Part shown: piece by piece, positions 41,574 through 51,143 of the stretch | Position numbering within the stretch: the first letter of the stretch is position 1 | How the letters are laid out: every line of letters begins with the position of its first letter | DNA from: Candidatus Poribacteria bacterium | Lineage (GTDB): Bacteria > Poribacteria > WGA-4E > WGA-3G | Assembly: GCA_965205025.1 (NCBI GenBank) | Contig: CBDBFU010000032.1 | Coordinates: forward strand, 96,001-160,000 | DNA length: 64,000 bases | Direction of reading: 5' to 3' | Position numbers and translations under genes: made by a program | Notes under the pieces: generated by a model | What the model saw: the letters and a program-made list of their open reading frames with translations, nothing else | Told to the model about the DNA's origin: nothing | The model's database searches: none

Positions 41574-42347
41574 TTCTATGGACATAGTACTCCGCTGGAG
41601 TACGGTATTTTTGATATAGAAAACTCCAAAAAATAGACTTATCATTAGATACTCAGTTTCCCTGAATTAGAATTTTCCAATTTAGGCTTTGTATATAATT
41701 GGCATATTTGGTCTTGAGAATACTCTTCAATAACTGATATTTCAGATTGTTAAAAAGGTCTAAAAACAGAGATTTAATCCTAATATACAGACAAAAAATA
41801 AGGTGTAAAAATAGACATTTAATCCTAAATCTCAGAGAGTAGATAGTGTTGTTGTTGCATGAGTCTATTCCTCGAAAAAATGAAAAAAGTTACACTTTTT
41901 GTCACACGGTGTGACATTGAAATTGGTGTAAATTACCCCTATAACCCCTGTCATAGACTGACTTTACTCCACTTTGAATTGACTTTATAAGAATTTCTAA
42001 AATGTGTGGTTTTGTGTTCTTTTTATCCTTCCTGATTTTGAGATTCCCAACGGTTAAAAAGGTATGCTTTTTTGACGTATATGAAACTTTGTATTTAGGA
42101 TCGTATTTATAAATTGTCATTTGTTTTTAGTTTGTGTTGTAACTTCTAATTTTATTTTCATTTTGACAGATATTCTTAATATGTGCTTCTATTTTTGTGA
42201 TATATGTATGTTAGTTGTTAGAGATGGATGTTTTCTTCATTAATTAGATCGGGGATCGGAATCCTCTCCTACACATAATACTATTTCTATAAATTATTGT
42301 CTCATTAGGTGGTTATTATGGCAGTCATTTTTCAGGTCACAAACTGA

Positions 42348-42491
42348 ATGAAGATTAAAATAATAATTCGGTAATGTGTTAGAAATTCGAATCAACGGTA
42401 TGAATGCTATTTAGCATTCCCCGTGGTTAGGAAACCGAACCTACCAAGTTTGGGAAAATGGGAATTACCGAATTTAAAACTTAATCCTCAT
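42348..42491. mobile_element. ATGAAGATTAA-TIR MITE with REP core interrupted by the 34-bp element
   Basis: About 29-bp imperfect TIR; nearly identical to 43717-43829 except for the insert. Confidence 0.8.
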
Positions 42492-42671
42492 AAAGTTTGT
42501 GGTACAAAAAAGAGACATTTTCAATTAGAAATGGTATAACATTCAGTGTGTATATAATAATCGACAAACAATCGAAAACTAAAAACCTTGGGATTATTGC
42601 ATTTGTGATTTATACTTTAGTTGTAAGATGTTTTGGTTTTCTTCAAAAAAAATATATTTTTCTAAATTATT

Positions 42672-43649
42672 TTATATTTTTAGTAGAATTTTTCCGAAAT
42701 TACGATTTGCCTCCATATATTCGTGCGCATTTCTTACCTGTTCTAATGTGAATACTGTATCAATGATGGGTTGGAGTTTACCAGTTATTAATTTTGGCAA
42801 CCAACGTTCTACAAATCGTTGTGTGATAGCTACTTTTTCTTCAAGGGATTGTGGTCTCATCACAGAACCAATTATCTTTAGACGTTTACGCATTACTATA
42901 CCTAAATTGATATTTGTTTCTGAACCGCTTATCAATCCGACTTGTAGTAACCGTCCTTTTATTTTTAGTATGCTCAAATTCCGTTGTAGGTATTCTGCCC
43001 CGATAAAGTCTAATACGACATCTACACCATCACCATTTGTCAAACGACTTATTTCGTCAGTGAAATCTGAGTCTTTATAGTTAATTCCTGCCTTTGCTCC
43101 AAGTTCCATGCATTTGTTGATTTTTTTGGTGTTTCCGGCAGTAACGAATACTTGAGCTCCTGCATGATCTGCTATCTGAATACCTGCGCTGCCGACACCG
43201 CTTCCACCTGCATGGATTAGAATTGTTTCACCTTCTGTGAGTTGTCCTAAAGTGAATATATTTTCATTTGCAGTAAAGAATACTTCTGGTACAGCTGCAG
43301 CTTCTTCAAAACTCCAATCTGAAGGGATGTGCATAGCCATTCGGTAGTCAATGACGGCTTTTTCTGCATAGCCACCGCCACCAACGAGTCCGAAGATTCG
43401 GTCCCCTATGTTAAACCTTTCTGTGTTTTTTCCGAGATCTGAGACTGTACCAGCGATTTCTAAGCCGAGTATTTCAGAATCTCCTGGGGGTGGTGGATAT
43501 CCTCCACGGCGTTGGATTAGATCAGCACGATTTAGAGCGGTTGCTTTGACATCTACGAGAAGTTGTGTTTCTGTTGGTTGAGGTGGAGGTATTTCTGCGA
43601 TTTTCAGGACATCTGTTCCACCATCACCTGTTCTAATAACTGCTTTCAT
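42672..43649 (-). CDS. NAD(P)H-quinone oxidoreductase (PIG3-like, MDR superfamily)
   Basis: LNRADL.QR.G.YPPPPG.S.ILGLE and LIHAGGSGVG motifs. Confidence 0.92.
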   Translation of the reverse strand: MKAVIRTGDGGTDVLKIAEIPPPQPTETQLLVDVKATALNRADLIQRRGGYPPPPGDSEILGLEIAGTVSDLGKNTERFNIGDRIFGLVGGGGYAEKAVIDYRMAMHIPSDWSFEEAAAVPEVFFTANENIFTLGQLTEGETILIHAGGSGVGSAGIQIADHAGAQVFVTAGNTKKINKCMELGAKAGINYKDSDFTDEISRLTNGDGVDVVLDFIGAEYLQRNLSILKIKGRLLQVGLISGSETNINLGIVMRKRLKIIGSVMRPQSLEEKVAITQRFVERWLPKLITGKLQPIIDTVFTLEQVRNAHEYMEANRNFGKILLKI

Positions 43650-43716
43650 GTTTTCCTCAAATTGTATTCAGAAATTTTAACATATTTTAATTTAAGAGGT
43701 CAATTTTGAATGACAT

Positions 43717-43829
43717 ATGAAGATTAAAATAATAATTCGGTAATGTTTTAGAAATTCGGTTCGGTTAGGAAACCGAACCTACCGGGTTTATGAAAATGGG
43801 AATTACCGAATTTAAAACTTAATCCTCAT
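43717..43829. mobile_element. ATGAAGATTAA-TIR MITE with intact REP core GTTCGGTTAGGAAACCGAACCTAC
   Basis: TIRs flanked by GAATGAC/GTCATTC; followed by two REP-like units at about 43869-43949. Confidence 0.8.
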
Positions 43830-44136
43830 TAGTCATTCCCCGGGGTTTAGGATATTGTTGATAACGACTTCTGTAGACATTTCGTCCCTACGGGATTCAA
43901 GATAAGTGTTGGATAGTTTTCCTATAAACATTCCGTCCCTACAGGACTCCATTTAGTGTCTGATTACTTGTTATTACAATGGTAGTTGGTTTGAATAAAT
44001 ATCCTATCAAGAAAACTGTGTAAGTCTTGACTATATTTATGAAATCTTTCATTTCTTTAACAATTACAACTTTCAAGGAACAAAAGCGTCTAATCAGGTG
44101 TATAAAATAAAATACATTATTCTGGAGGAGAATCGT

Positions 44137-44619
44137 ATGTCAGAAACTGTTGAAAAGCGAACGTTACAGCGTCATTTCAATCCTGTGAAGGCGAAATTGG
44201 CTTATATGGAAGAATGTTTTGATCAATTGCGAAACGGTCTTCCATCAAGTAAAGATGATTATATAGTCTCTGATCGTCTAACCCATTCTTATGTAAAAAG
44301 TTGCTTCCTGATGATTGTACAGAGAGCAGTTGACATAAACAATGCTATTATAGAATTTAGTGGTAATACACCTCCATACCAAAAGCAACAAAGTTTTCGT
44401 TCGATTCAGGAAAGCGGTGCAATTGATCTTGATACATTAAATTTCTTTGAACACGCCTTAGACTGTTACCAAAAAATCGCTAATCCTTATGAAGGATTAC
44501 CTGCCTCTGATCTTTATGATATATCTTCTTTACTTTTGCACCATGGTGAAGCGTATGCTCGGCAGATAAATGACTTTTTTGATGATACGAGTACAAAAAC
44601 AGTTGCTGAAGATAGTTAG
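44137..44619 (+). CDS. DUF86/HepT-like HEPN protein with degenerate catalytic motif
   Basis: GGAGGAG RBS. K...MEE...L, VQRAVDINN.II...G..P.....F..I.E.G.I aligns by eye to DUF86; the R-x4-H position reads YQKIAN. Confidence 0.6.
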   Translation: MSETVEKRTLQRHFNPVKAKLAYMEECFDQLRNGLPSSKDDYIVSDRLTHSYVKSCFLMIVQRAVDINNAIIEFSGNTPPYQKQQSFRSIQESGAIDLDTLNFFEHALDCYQKIANPYEGLPASDLYDISSLLLHHGEAYARQINDFFDDTSTKTVAEDS

Positions 44620-44663
44620 TGGAGTACACACGGCTGCACCTCACTGCTATTATACAGTATACA

Positions 44664-44726
44664 TTAATAAATAAAACCTAATACGTACCGAAATTTCTTC
44701 AGTTCGTATTAGGTTTTATTTATTAA
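44664..44726. terminator. Bidirectional terminator between convergent genes
   Basis: Perfect 22-bp inverted repeat TTAATAAATAAAACCTAATACG (44664-85 and 44705-26). Confidence 0.75.
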
Positions 44727-44735
44727 CCGTAAGTT

Positions 44736-45503
44736 CTATTTGAATTGAATTATTCCAGCATTACCTTTAAGAACGATATCAGGTTTCAATAATACTTTAT
44801 CTTCTGGTTCTTCTTTGAGTTCGTTTGGGTTAAGCATAAATGCGATGCGCTTTGGCAATTCTAATCCTAAATCTGCGAGCATTTCTATATCTTCTTTGAA
44901 GATGATCTGTGCACTACTTTGTGTCTGATAGGCGTACCAATACTTGAGATAGGATCTAATTTGATTGTTATATAAGACATTCCCATTTGATGTGTCAATA
45001 ATCTTTATACGTACTCTTCCGAAAGCAGATTGACGGGTAGTAATATATGTGGATGTCCCTGAAATTCCGGACTGTCTACCTTGTCGCATAAGGTGTTCAT
45101 TTGAATCCTTTCGACCAAGTTTGGGTTCGACTACCATACCCGTGATGATCAAATCTGCTTTTAGAGCTTGTCCTATTCTTGCAGCTAATGCTGGATCAGC
45201 GTAAACATCGTTGATATCGAGTCCAAGTTCTTGTAATTTATCTTTTACGGGTTGAACTTTTTCGGAAATGTCATATACCCATTCTTTATCTTTCAAAATA
45301 AGATCCAACCGCGTAGCTAAATTGGTAGTAATTCTACCTACGAGCTGTTGTCCATGTTCCTCTTCTGCAATGAAAGGAGTTACGACGATCCGTGTGGCAT
45401 TACTAAAAGAAGGGGGTTCGGTTATATTAACTTCTCCGGTACCAAAACATCCAATTATTGAAATGAGTAGGAGAGGTATGAATAGAAAACTGAATAAACG
45501 CAT
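44736..45503 (-). CDS. Lipoprotein, CsgG/LpoB-like fold candidate
   Basis: AAGGAGG RBS; lipobox IIGC; RIVVTPF, AARIGQALKADLIITG and RIKIIDTSNG.VL patterns. Confidence 0.6.
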   Translation of the reverse strand: MRLFSFLFIPLLLISIIGCFGTGEVNITEPPSFSNATRIVVTPFIAEEEHGQQLVGRITTNLATRLDLILKDKEWVYDISEKVQPVKDKLQELGLDINDVYADPALAARIGQALKADLIITGMVVEPKLGRKDSNEHLMRQGRQSGISGTSTYITTRQSAFGRVRIKIIDTSNGNVLYNNQIRSYLKYWYAYQTQSSAQIIFKEDIEMLADLGLELPKRIAFMLNPNELKEEPEDKVLLKPDIVLKGNAGIIQFK

Positions 45504-45596
45504 TATAGATCTGCCTCCTTGACTATATTTTGTCAAACCTTGCGCTGCTCACATTATTAAGGGTTTAGTGAGTCTTTGCTTGTGTTAATGAACTTT

Positions 45597-45730
45597 AGAC
45601 GGAGGACAAAACCTGCACCTTGGCATGTCTCCAACCTTAGAACAAGGTATTAACCTGCTTTACCGTGTATTCAGTGGTATTTGACAGATTTCTCGACAAA
45701 TCATCAAGCCTGGTGTTCTATCCGTCTGTT
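45597..45730 (-). ncRNA. Candidate structured RNA (6S-like rod or cis-regulatory leader)
   Basis: Promoter TTGACA-18-(TGC)TAAAGT directly upstream; AGACGGA/TCCGTCT closing stem; G-U pairs favour the minus strand; central bubble with an ACCUU/AAGGU hairpin. Confidence 0.5.
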
Positions 45731-45890
45731 TTAAACACTTTAGCATAAAGTGATTAAAATTGTCAATAAGCAAATTAAATAAGAGGGTTTATAATTCCTG
45801 CAATAACTTGCGTTTGATAATAGGTATATGAACTTCATTTACAAGCATATTGCATTCATTACCCCAGTAGGTGCGGTTACCTAACCGCAC

Positions 45891-46799
45891 TATTAGCGTC
45901 AATTTTAGAAAAAGGATGTCTGATTTTTCAATAATAATTATTGTTAAGTGAAAACACCTCCTATATAATGTATAAAAATATTACCTTTTCACTTTATACA
46001 AGAGGTGTTTCCAATGAATACATTATCACAGGTTCCTGAAAGAATGCAACAGATTCTAACGACCATTGCCGATGAAGCAACCCTTGAAACAGGGTTTTGC
46101 AAAAGAAATCGAAAACTCACAGGGAGTCAATTTGCTCAGATACTTACTTTTAGTTGGTTAGAAAATCCTGATGCTACCTATACTCAACTTACACATACTG
46201 CTGCTTCGCTCGGTACTCCTATCTCACGGCAAGCCATTGAACAACGATTTACAGCTGAAGCTGCACAAACCCTCAAAGCAACCCTTGATGCGGCTGCGTC
46301 CGAAATGATTTCCGCGGATCCACAAGTTCTTCCACTCCTTGAACAGTTCAACGGTATCTATATACAAGACAGTTCTTGGATAATACTCCCTGATACGCTT
46401 CACGATATTTGGGAAGGCGCCGGTAAAGATGAAAGTAAGATTAGTAGCTCAGAGACTCTCCGAAGAAGACACCGAAAAACGACGACGAGATATCAACTAT
46501 CGTGCCAAACGAAAGCATACACAAGCATCACAGGCACGGCTCCAACGGCATTGGGTGATGTTGGTCGTAGGATGGCGATGTTTACGACATAGTCTATCGA
46601 AAACAGTAGATCTTATTACATCCTACACACGCACAATCACAACAAACTTTCGCAAGTCTAAGAAGCATCTTAGGCAGACATTTGATGAAATAAAACAAGT
46701 ATTCGAAACAGGATGCTATATTGAGAGACGAGCTAATAGAAAAACAACATTGGAATATCTTGAAAATGCTATAAAAAAAACACTAAATTGACGCCTATG
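45891..46799 (+). mobile_element. IS4-family (IS231-like) element, non-autonomous double-deletion derivative (909 bp)
   Basis: Ends match the copy at 46989-48443; two internal deletions totalling 546 bp remove the LADLGY and RWQIE regions. Confidence 0.9.
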
Positions 46800-46988
46800 A
46801 ATCAACGGTATGAATGCTATTTAGCATTCCCCGTGGTTAGGAAACCGCACCTACCAGCTCTGGGTCCAAATTACCTATTTTATTTTTTTAACTTCATTTA
46901 TCATTCCCCGGGTATGAATGACATATGAAGATTAATTTTTAAATTCGGTAATTTTGGAGAAAGATCCAGTGCGGTTAGGAAACCGCAC

Positions 46989-48443
46989 TATAGGCGTCAA
47001 TTTTAGAAAAAGGATGTCTGATTTTTCAATAATAATTATTGTTAAGTGAAAACACCTCCTATATAATGTATAAAAATATTACCTTTTACTTTATACAAGA
47101 GGTGTTTCCAATGAATACATTATCACAGGTTCCTGAAAAAATGCAACAGATTCTAACAACCATTGCTGATGAAGCAGCCCTTGAAACAGGATTTTGCAAA
47201 AGAAATCGAAAACTTGCGGGGAGTCATTTTGCTCAGACACTTATTTATAGTTGGTTAGAAAATCCTGATGCCACCTATACTCAACTTACACATACTGCTG
47301 CTTCTCTCGGTACTCCAATCTCACGACAAGCGATTGAACAACGATTTACTGCTGAAGCTGCACAAACCCTCAAAGCAATCCTTGACGCGGCTGCGTCCGA
47401 AGTGATTTCTGCGGATCCACAAGTTCTCCCACTCCTTGAACAGTTCAACGGTATCTATATACAAGATAGTTCTTGGATAACACTCCCTGATACGCTTCAC
47501 GATATTTGGGAAGGTGCCAGTAAAAAGGATTATCCGAACAAATCCGAACTGAAACTCCATCTACGCTTCGATGTTGCTACAGGGACATTCGAACACTTTC
47601 AACTCACCAACGGCATCACCGCTGATAGCACTGTAGAAAAACAGATTGACCGGCTCCCCCAAGGGAGTTTACGCCTTGCGGATCTCGGTTATTTTTCGCT
47701 ACAAACCCTTCAAGAACTTACGGACGAAGGGGTCTTTTGGATTTCACGGTATAAAGTTAGGTGTTCGGTTTTTGACAATACAGGAAAGCCTCTTTGTTTA
47801 CATAAATGGCTCAAGTTTCAGACCGAAAACATTATCGAAACAGATATTTTCATAGGTTCAAAAAAGCGGATGAAAGTAAGATTAGTAGCTCAGAGACTCT
47901 CCGAAGAAGAAACCGAAAAACGACGACGAGATATCAACTATCGTGCTAAACGAAAGCATACACAAGCATCACAGGCACGACTCCAACTCGCAGGTTGGAA
48001 TATCTACATTACAAATATTGGAACGGATCAACTCACCGCTGAACAGATATGTGTCATTGCGCGGATTCGATGGCAGATCGAGTTGATATTTAAGTGCTTT
48101 AAAAGCCTTGGAAAAGTAGACACATCACGAAGTAAAAAACCGTATCGTATTCTATGTGAAATATATGCTAAACTGATCGCTGCAATCATTCGGCATTGGG
48201 TGATGTTGGTCATAGGATGGCGATGTTTACGGCATAGTTTATCGAAAACAGTAGAGCTTATTACGTCCTACACACGCACAATCACAATAAGCTTTCGCAA
48301 GTCAAAGAGACATCTTAGAGAGACATTTGATGAGATAAAACAAGTATTCGAAAACGGGTGCTACATTGAAAGAAGAGCTAATAGAAAAACAACATTGGAA
48401 TATCTTGAAAATGCTACAAAAAACCGCTAAATTGACGCCTATG
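46989..48443 (+). mobile_element. IS4-family (IS231-like) insertion sequence, 1455 bp
   Basis: TIRs TATAGGCGTCAATTTTAG and CTAAATTGACGCCTATG; flanked by the 20-bp direct repeat GTGCGGTTAGGAAACCGCAC. Confidence 0.92.
47111..48430 (+). CDS. IS4-family DDE transposase
   Basis: GFCKRNRKL N-terminus; IQDSS (D1), LADLGYF (D2), RWQIELIFK (E); GAGGTG RBS. Confidence 0.93.
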   Translation: MNTLSQVPEKMQQILTTIADEAALETGFCKRNRKLAGSHFAQTLIYSWLENPDATYTQLTHTAASLGTPISRQAIEQRFTAEAAQTLKAILDAAASEVISADPQVLPLLEQFNGIYIQDSSWITLPDTLHDIWEGASKKDYPNKSELKLHLRFDVATGTFEHFQLTNGITADSTVEKQIDRLPQGSLRLADLGYFSLQTLQELTDEGVFWISRYKVRCSVFDNTGKPLCLHKWLKFQTENIIETDIFIGSKKRMKVRLVAQRLSEEETEKRRRDINYRAKRKHTQASQARLQLAGWNIYITNIGTDQLTAEQICVIARIRWQIELIFKCFKSLGKVDTSRSKKPYRILCEIYAKLIAAIIRHWVMLVIGWRCLRHSLSKTVELITSYTRTITISFRKSKRHLRETFDEIKQVFENGCYIERRANRKTTLEYLENATKNR

Positions 48444-48554
48444 GTGCGGTTAGGAAACCGCACCTACCGGGTTTGGGAAAATTAGAATTACCGAAATATT
48501 TAGTTAATCCTCATTAGTCATTCACCGGGGCTTAGTGTTTTGTGTTTATTACGT

Positions 48555-48773
48555 TTTCTACACACCTTTCGCCCCGCGAATCAACGGTATGAATGCCTTA
48601 TGGCATTCCCCGGGCTTGGGATATTGGTGATAACCACTTCTATAGACATTCCGTCCCTACGGGACTCATTCAGTTAATTGATCCGTTTTCTATAGACATT
48701 CCGTCCCTACGGGACTCAATACCTACCAGGTCTGGCGGAATTAGAATTACCGAAATATTTTCTTAATCTTCAT
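48555..48773 (+). repeat. REP cluster: REP interrupted by the 34-bp element, two perfect 31-bp units (48638-68, 48688-718) and a MITE right end
   Basis: TTCTATAGACATTCCGTCCCTACGGGACTCA occurs twice with a 50-bp period. Confidence 0.85.
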
Positions 48774-49168
48774 CCAGTTTGTACTACATTTAAGAGATTC
48801 TATTAATGAGACTTTAATTACCAAAATGGTATTAGATGTATGGATAATGTGAAAGGAAAAGTGTTAATATTTATCATTTTGAAATGCTTGCACATTCACG
48901 GAAACTTTCACGGAGCAATTTTACGAACCCTTATTCATGAAGATTAATTTATTAAATCGGTAATATACGGGACTTGAAATACCATACTAACTGAAAGTTT
49001 TTACTACATTTAAGAGACCTTAATTTTAAAAATGGTATAAGAGTGTGGATTGGAATCCACACTCTTACTAAGAGTCTAATGCTTAAATTAACACCTATTG
49101 TGACAAATGATTTATGCACCCTTTGTATAACTATAGAATTCAATAAGAAAAATGCGTACAACAAATTC

Positions 49169-49197
49169 TTGCATCCCATTAATGTATAGAATATAAT
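49169..49197 (+). promoter_or_regulatory. sigma70-type promoter for the sugar isomerase gene
   Basis: TTGCAT-17-TATAAT. Confidence 0.55.
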
Positions 49198-49253
49198 GTC
49201 TATCAATATTCTGATGACCAAACTTAATTGTAATATCAATATACTGGGAATAT

Positions 49254-50084
49254 ATGAAACTTAGTTGCCTTCCCGTATCCCTATACGATGACATTTTCTC
49301 AGGAAAAAGTACGGTTGCAGATTGGATTCATCTTGCATCTCAATTAGGTTTGGATGGTGTTGATTTTAGTATCAAATTCTTTCCAGATCGTAGTGAAAAA
49401 ACAATTAATAGAGTAAGGACTATACTCACAGAAAGAAAAATAGATGCCTGTATGATAGCATGCTATTCTGACTTTACAGATCCTGATAAAACAATGCGAA
49501 AACAGGAATTACTGGATATAAAAACAGATATTAGATTAGCAAAAGATTTAGGGGCTAAATTTGTAAGAGTGACTGCAGGGCAAAAACATCCCGGGATTAA
49601 ACGTGAGGATGGAATTCGTTGGGTAACGGAGGGTTTTCGACATGCTCTTGATGAAGCAGAAAAACATGGGATCACACTCGCTTATGAGAATCACACCAAG
49701 GGGGCACCATGGGAGTATTGGGATTTCTCACAACCGTCAGAAATTTTCATAGAAATCCTAAACGAACTATCGGATACACACCTTGGTGTCTGTTTTGATA
49801 CCGCTAACCCTCTTGTCCTTAACGAAGATGTTCTTGACCTTTTTGAGAAGGTATTAGATAGAATAGTAGTACTTCATATATTTGACATGAAGGAAATAGG
49901 TACATTTGAACCGGTTAGGGTTGGGACAGGTGCATCCCCAATTCAACAAATCCTCTCACGGTTACGACAAACTAATTATGATGGTTGGCTCAGTATTGAG
50001 GAAGCCAGTCGTCAAGGACGAAAAGGGTTTGAAGAGTCAGTTAATTATGTTCGTAAAGCGTGGAATGATGCATCATCCACGTGA
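49254..50084 (+). CDS. Sugar phosphate isomerase/epimerase (xylose-isomerase-like TIM barrel)
   Basis: LG.DGVD, A..LGA..VRV..G, LAYENH, FDTAN, H..D and GWLSIEE motifs. Confidence 0.88.
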   Translation: MKLSCLPVSLYDDIFSGKSTVADWIHLASQLGLDGVDFSIKFFPDRSEKTINRVRTILTERKIDACMIACYSDFTDPDKTMRKQELLDIKTDIRLAKDLGAKFVRVTAGQKHPGIKREDGIRWVTEGFRHALDEAEKHGITLAYENHTKGAPWEYWDFSQPSEIFIEILNELSDTHLGVCFDTANPLVLNEDVLDLFEKVLDRIVVLHIFDMKEIGTFEPVRVGTGASPIQQILSRLRQTNYDGWLSIEEASRQGRKGFEESVNYVRKAWNDASST

Positions 50085-50924
50085 GGGTTCACTCATACTT
50101 TCTCGTGCTTGTTGTGAAAGTGCTGCAAGATGACCATCGTTTGCTCTAACCTGTTCCAGATGTATTTCCCGTTCTGGTGTTGCCGTATTTACCATTATTT
50201 CACTATATTTACGATCTATCCAGAAACGTGCTGAGCCTGCTATATAGGCTTGTAATGCTTCCAATTTTTCCTCTGGATACCTTTGGCAAAGATTCATAGT
50301 AAACATACGTCTTCGTTTGCCACCACCGAATGCTGCGTGTTTTGTATTGTGGTTAAACAGCACGAGATCTCCTGGTGTGGTTTCAAACACTACGGCAGGT
50401 ACATCTTTTCCGTGTATTTCCCACATTTCCTGACTCTTCCCTACTTGTTGACTCAGACCATCGGCATAGTTATCACCGAATAGATGACTTCCAGGAATTA
50501 CACGTAATGCACCAGAATCACGGGTCAGAGGATCCAAATAGAATGCAATTTTTAAATGCATTGGATCTTCTAATTTATGTCCTCCATCAGAATGCCATCC
50601 GGTATCACCTACATAGAAATTACCATCACTTCCCATATAGTTAAAATCATCTCCGAGAAGTGTTTTGGCAATTGCCAGGATACGCGGATCATCAAGTAAA
50701 GAACACAACACAGCACTTTGATCTATAAAGGGAACAATACAGGACCGTGCTGTACCTTCGTGGGGTCTTCCGTTATGACCGCCACCACGTTCTTCCCAAA
50801 CCGTTTCAAACGCATCCTGAATTTCTTTGATTCTATCTACCATTAATTGTGGAAAACTGAGGTAACCGAATGTTTTAAAAAAGTTTATTTCCGATTCAGT
50901 GACTGTATAATCATGTTGATTCAT
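50073..50924 (-). CDS. Phytanoyl-CoA dioxygenase (PhyH) family Fe(II)/2OG enzyme
   Basis: FF..FGYL, WHSD, FYLD.L....GALRVIPGSH and PGDLVLF....H......RR motifs. Confidence 0.88.
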   Translation of the reverse strand: MNQHDYTVTESEINFFKTFGYLSFPQLMVDRIKEIQDAFETVWEERGGGHNGRPHEGTARSCIVPFIDQSAVLCSLLDDPRILAIAKTLLGDDFNYMGSDGNFYVGDTGWHSDGGHKLEDPMHLKIAFYLDPLTRDSGALRVIPGSHLFGDNYADGLSQQVGKSQEMWEIHGKDVPAVVFETTPGDLVLFNHNTKHAAFGGGKRRRMFTMNLCQRYPEEKLEALQAYIAGSARFWIDRKYSEIMVNTATPEREIHLEQVRANDGHLAALSQQARESMSEPSRG

Positions 50925-51020
50925 TTCTCAAATCCTCCAGATGTCTGAATGATGGTATCATACATAAGCGTAATGAATATAGCAATAGAGATGAATACCA
51001 TAACTTCAGATCATACGAAA

Positions 51021-51143
51021 ACTCTGGATAAGAAACGGAATACAGATGCTCTACCACTGAGCTACAACAGGTTTTACATTACATTCCACCCGTTGGCAGG
51101 AGTCGAACCTGCGACCCGATAACGCATTCACACGACCCAGAGT
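51021..51143 (-). ncRNA. YrlA-type bacterial Y RNA (circularly permuted tRNA mimic)
   Basis: T-arm GCAGG-UUCGACU-CCUGC precedes D-arm GCUC-AGUGGUA-GAGC; acceptor-like stem CAACGGG/CCUGUUG is closed by a 17-nt loop; ends pair ACUCUGG/CCAGAGU; no anticodon loop. Confidence 0.8.

Noticed and set aside
41600-42240. Replication origin
   Set aside because: No TTATCCACA-type DnaA box cluster was seen and no dnaA/parAB-type neighbours are present.
41902-42751. Short ORFs 41902-42120 and 42497-42751
   Set aside because: Low-complexity AT-rich frames without an RBS or recognisable motifs.
45620-45632. Cobalamin riboswitch (GGAGACAUGCC resembles the B12 box end)
   Set aside because: The upstream conserved GGGAA, CCCGC and GCCACUG elements are absent.
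46005-46791. Programmed frameshift in the first transposase
   Set aside because: The frame change is explained by an internal deletion relative to the intact copy.
48638-48718. Mini CRISPR array (31-bp repeat, 19-bp spacer)
   Set aside because: Only two units, the spacer is too short, no cas genes are present, and the same unit is dispersed elsewhere in both orientations as a REP-like repeat.
51043-51118. Canonical tRNA gene
   Set aside because: The D- and T-arms are in permuted order, with no anticodon loop and no CCA end; it fits a Y RNA-type mimic better.
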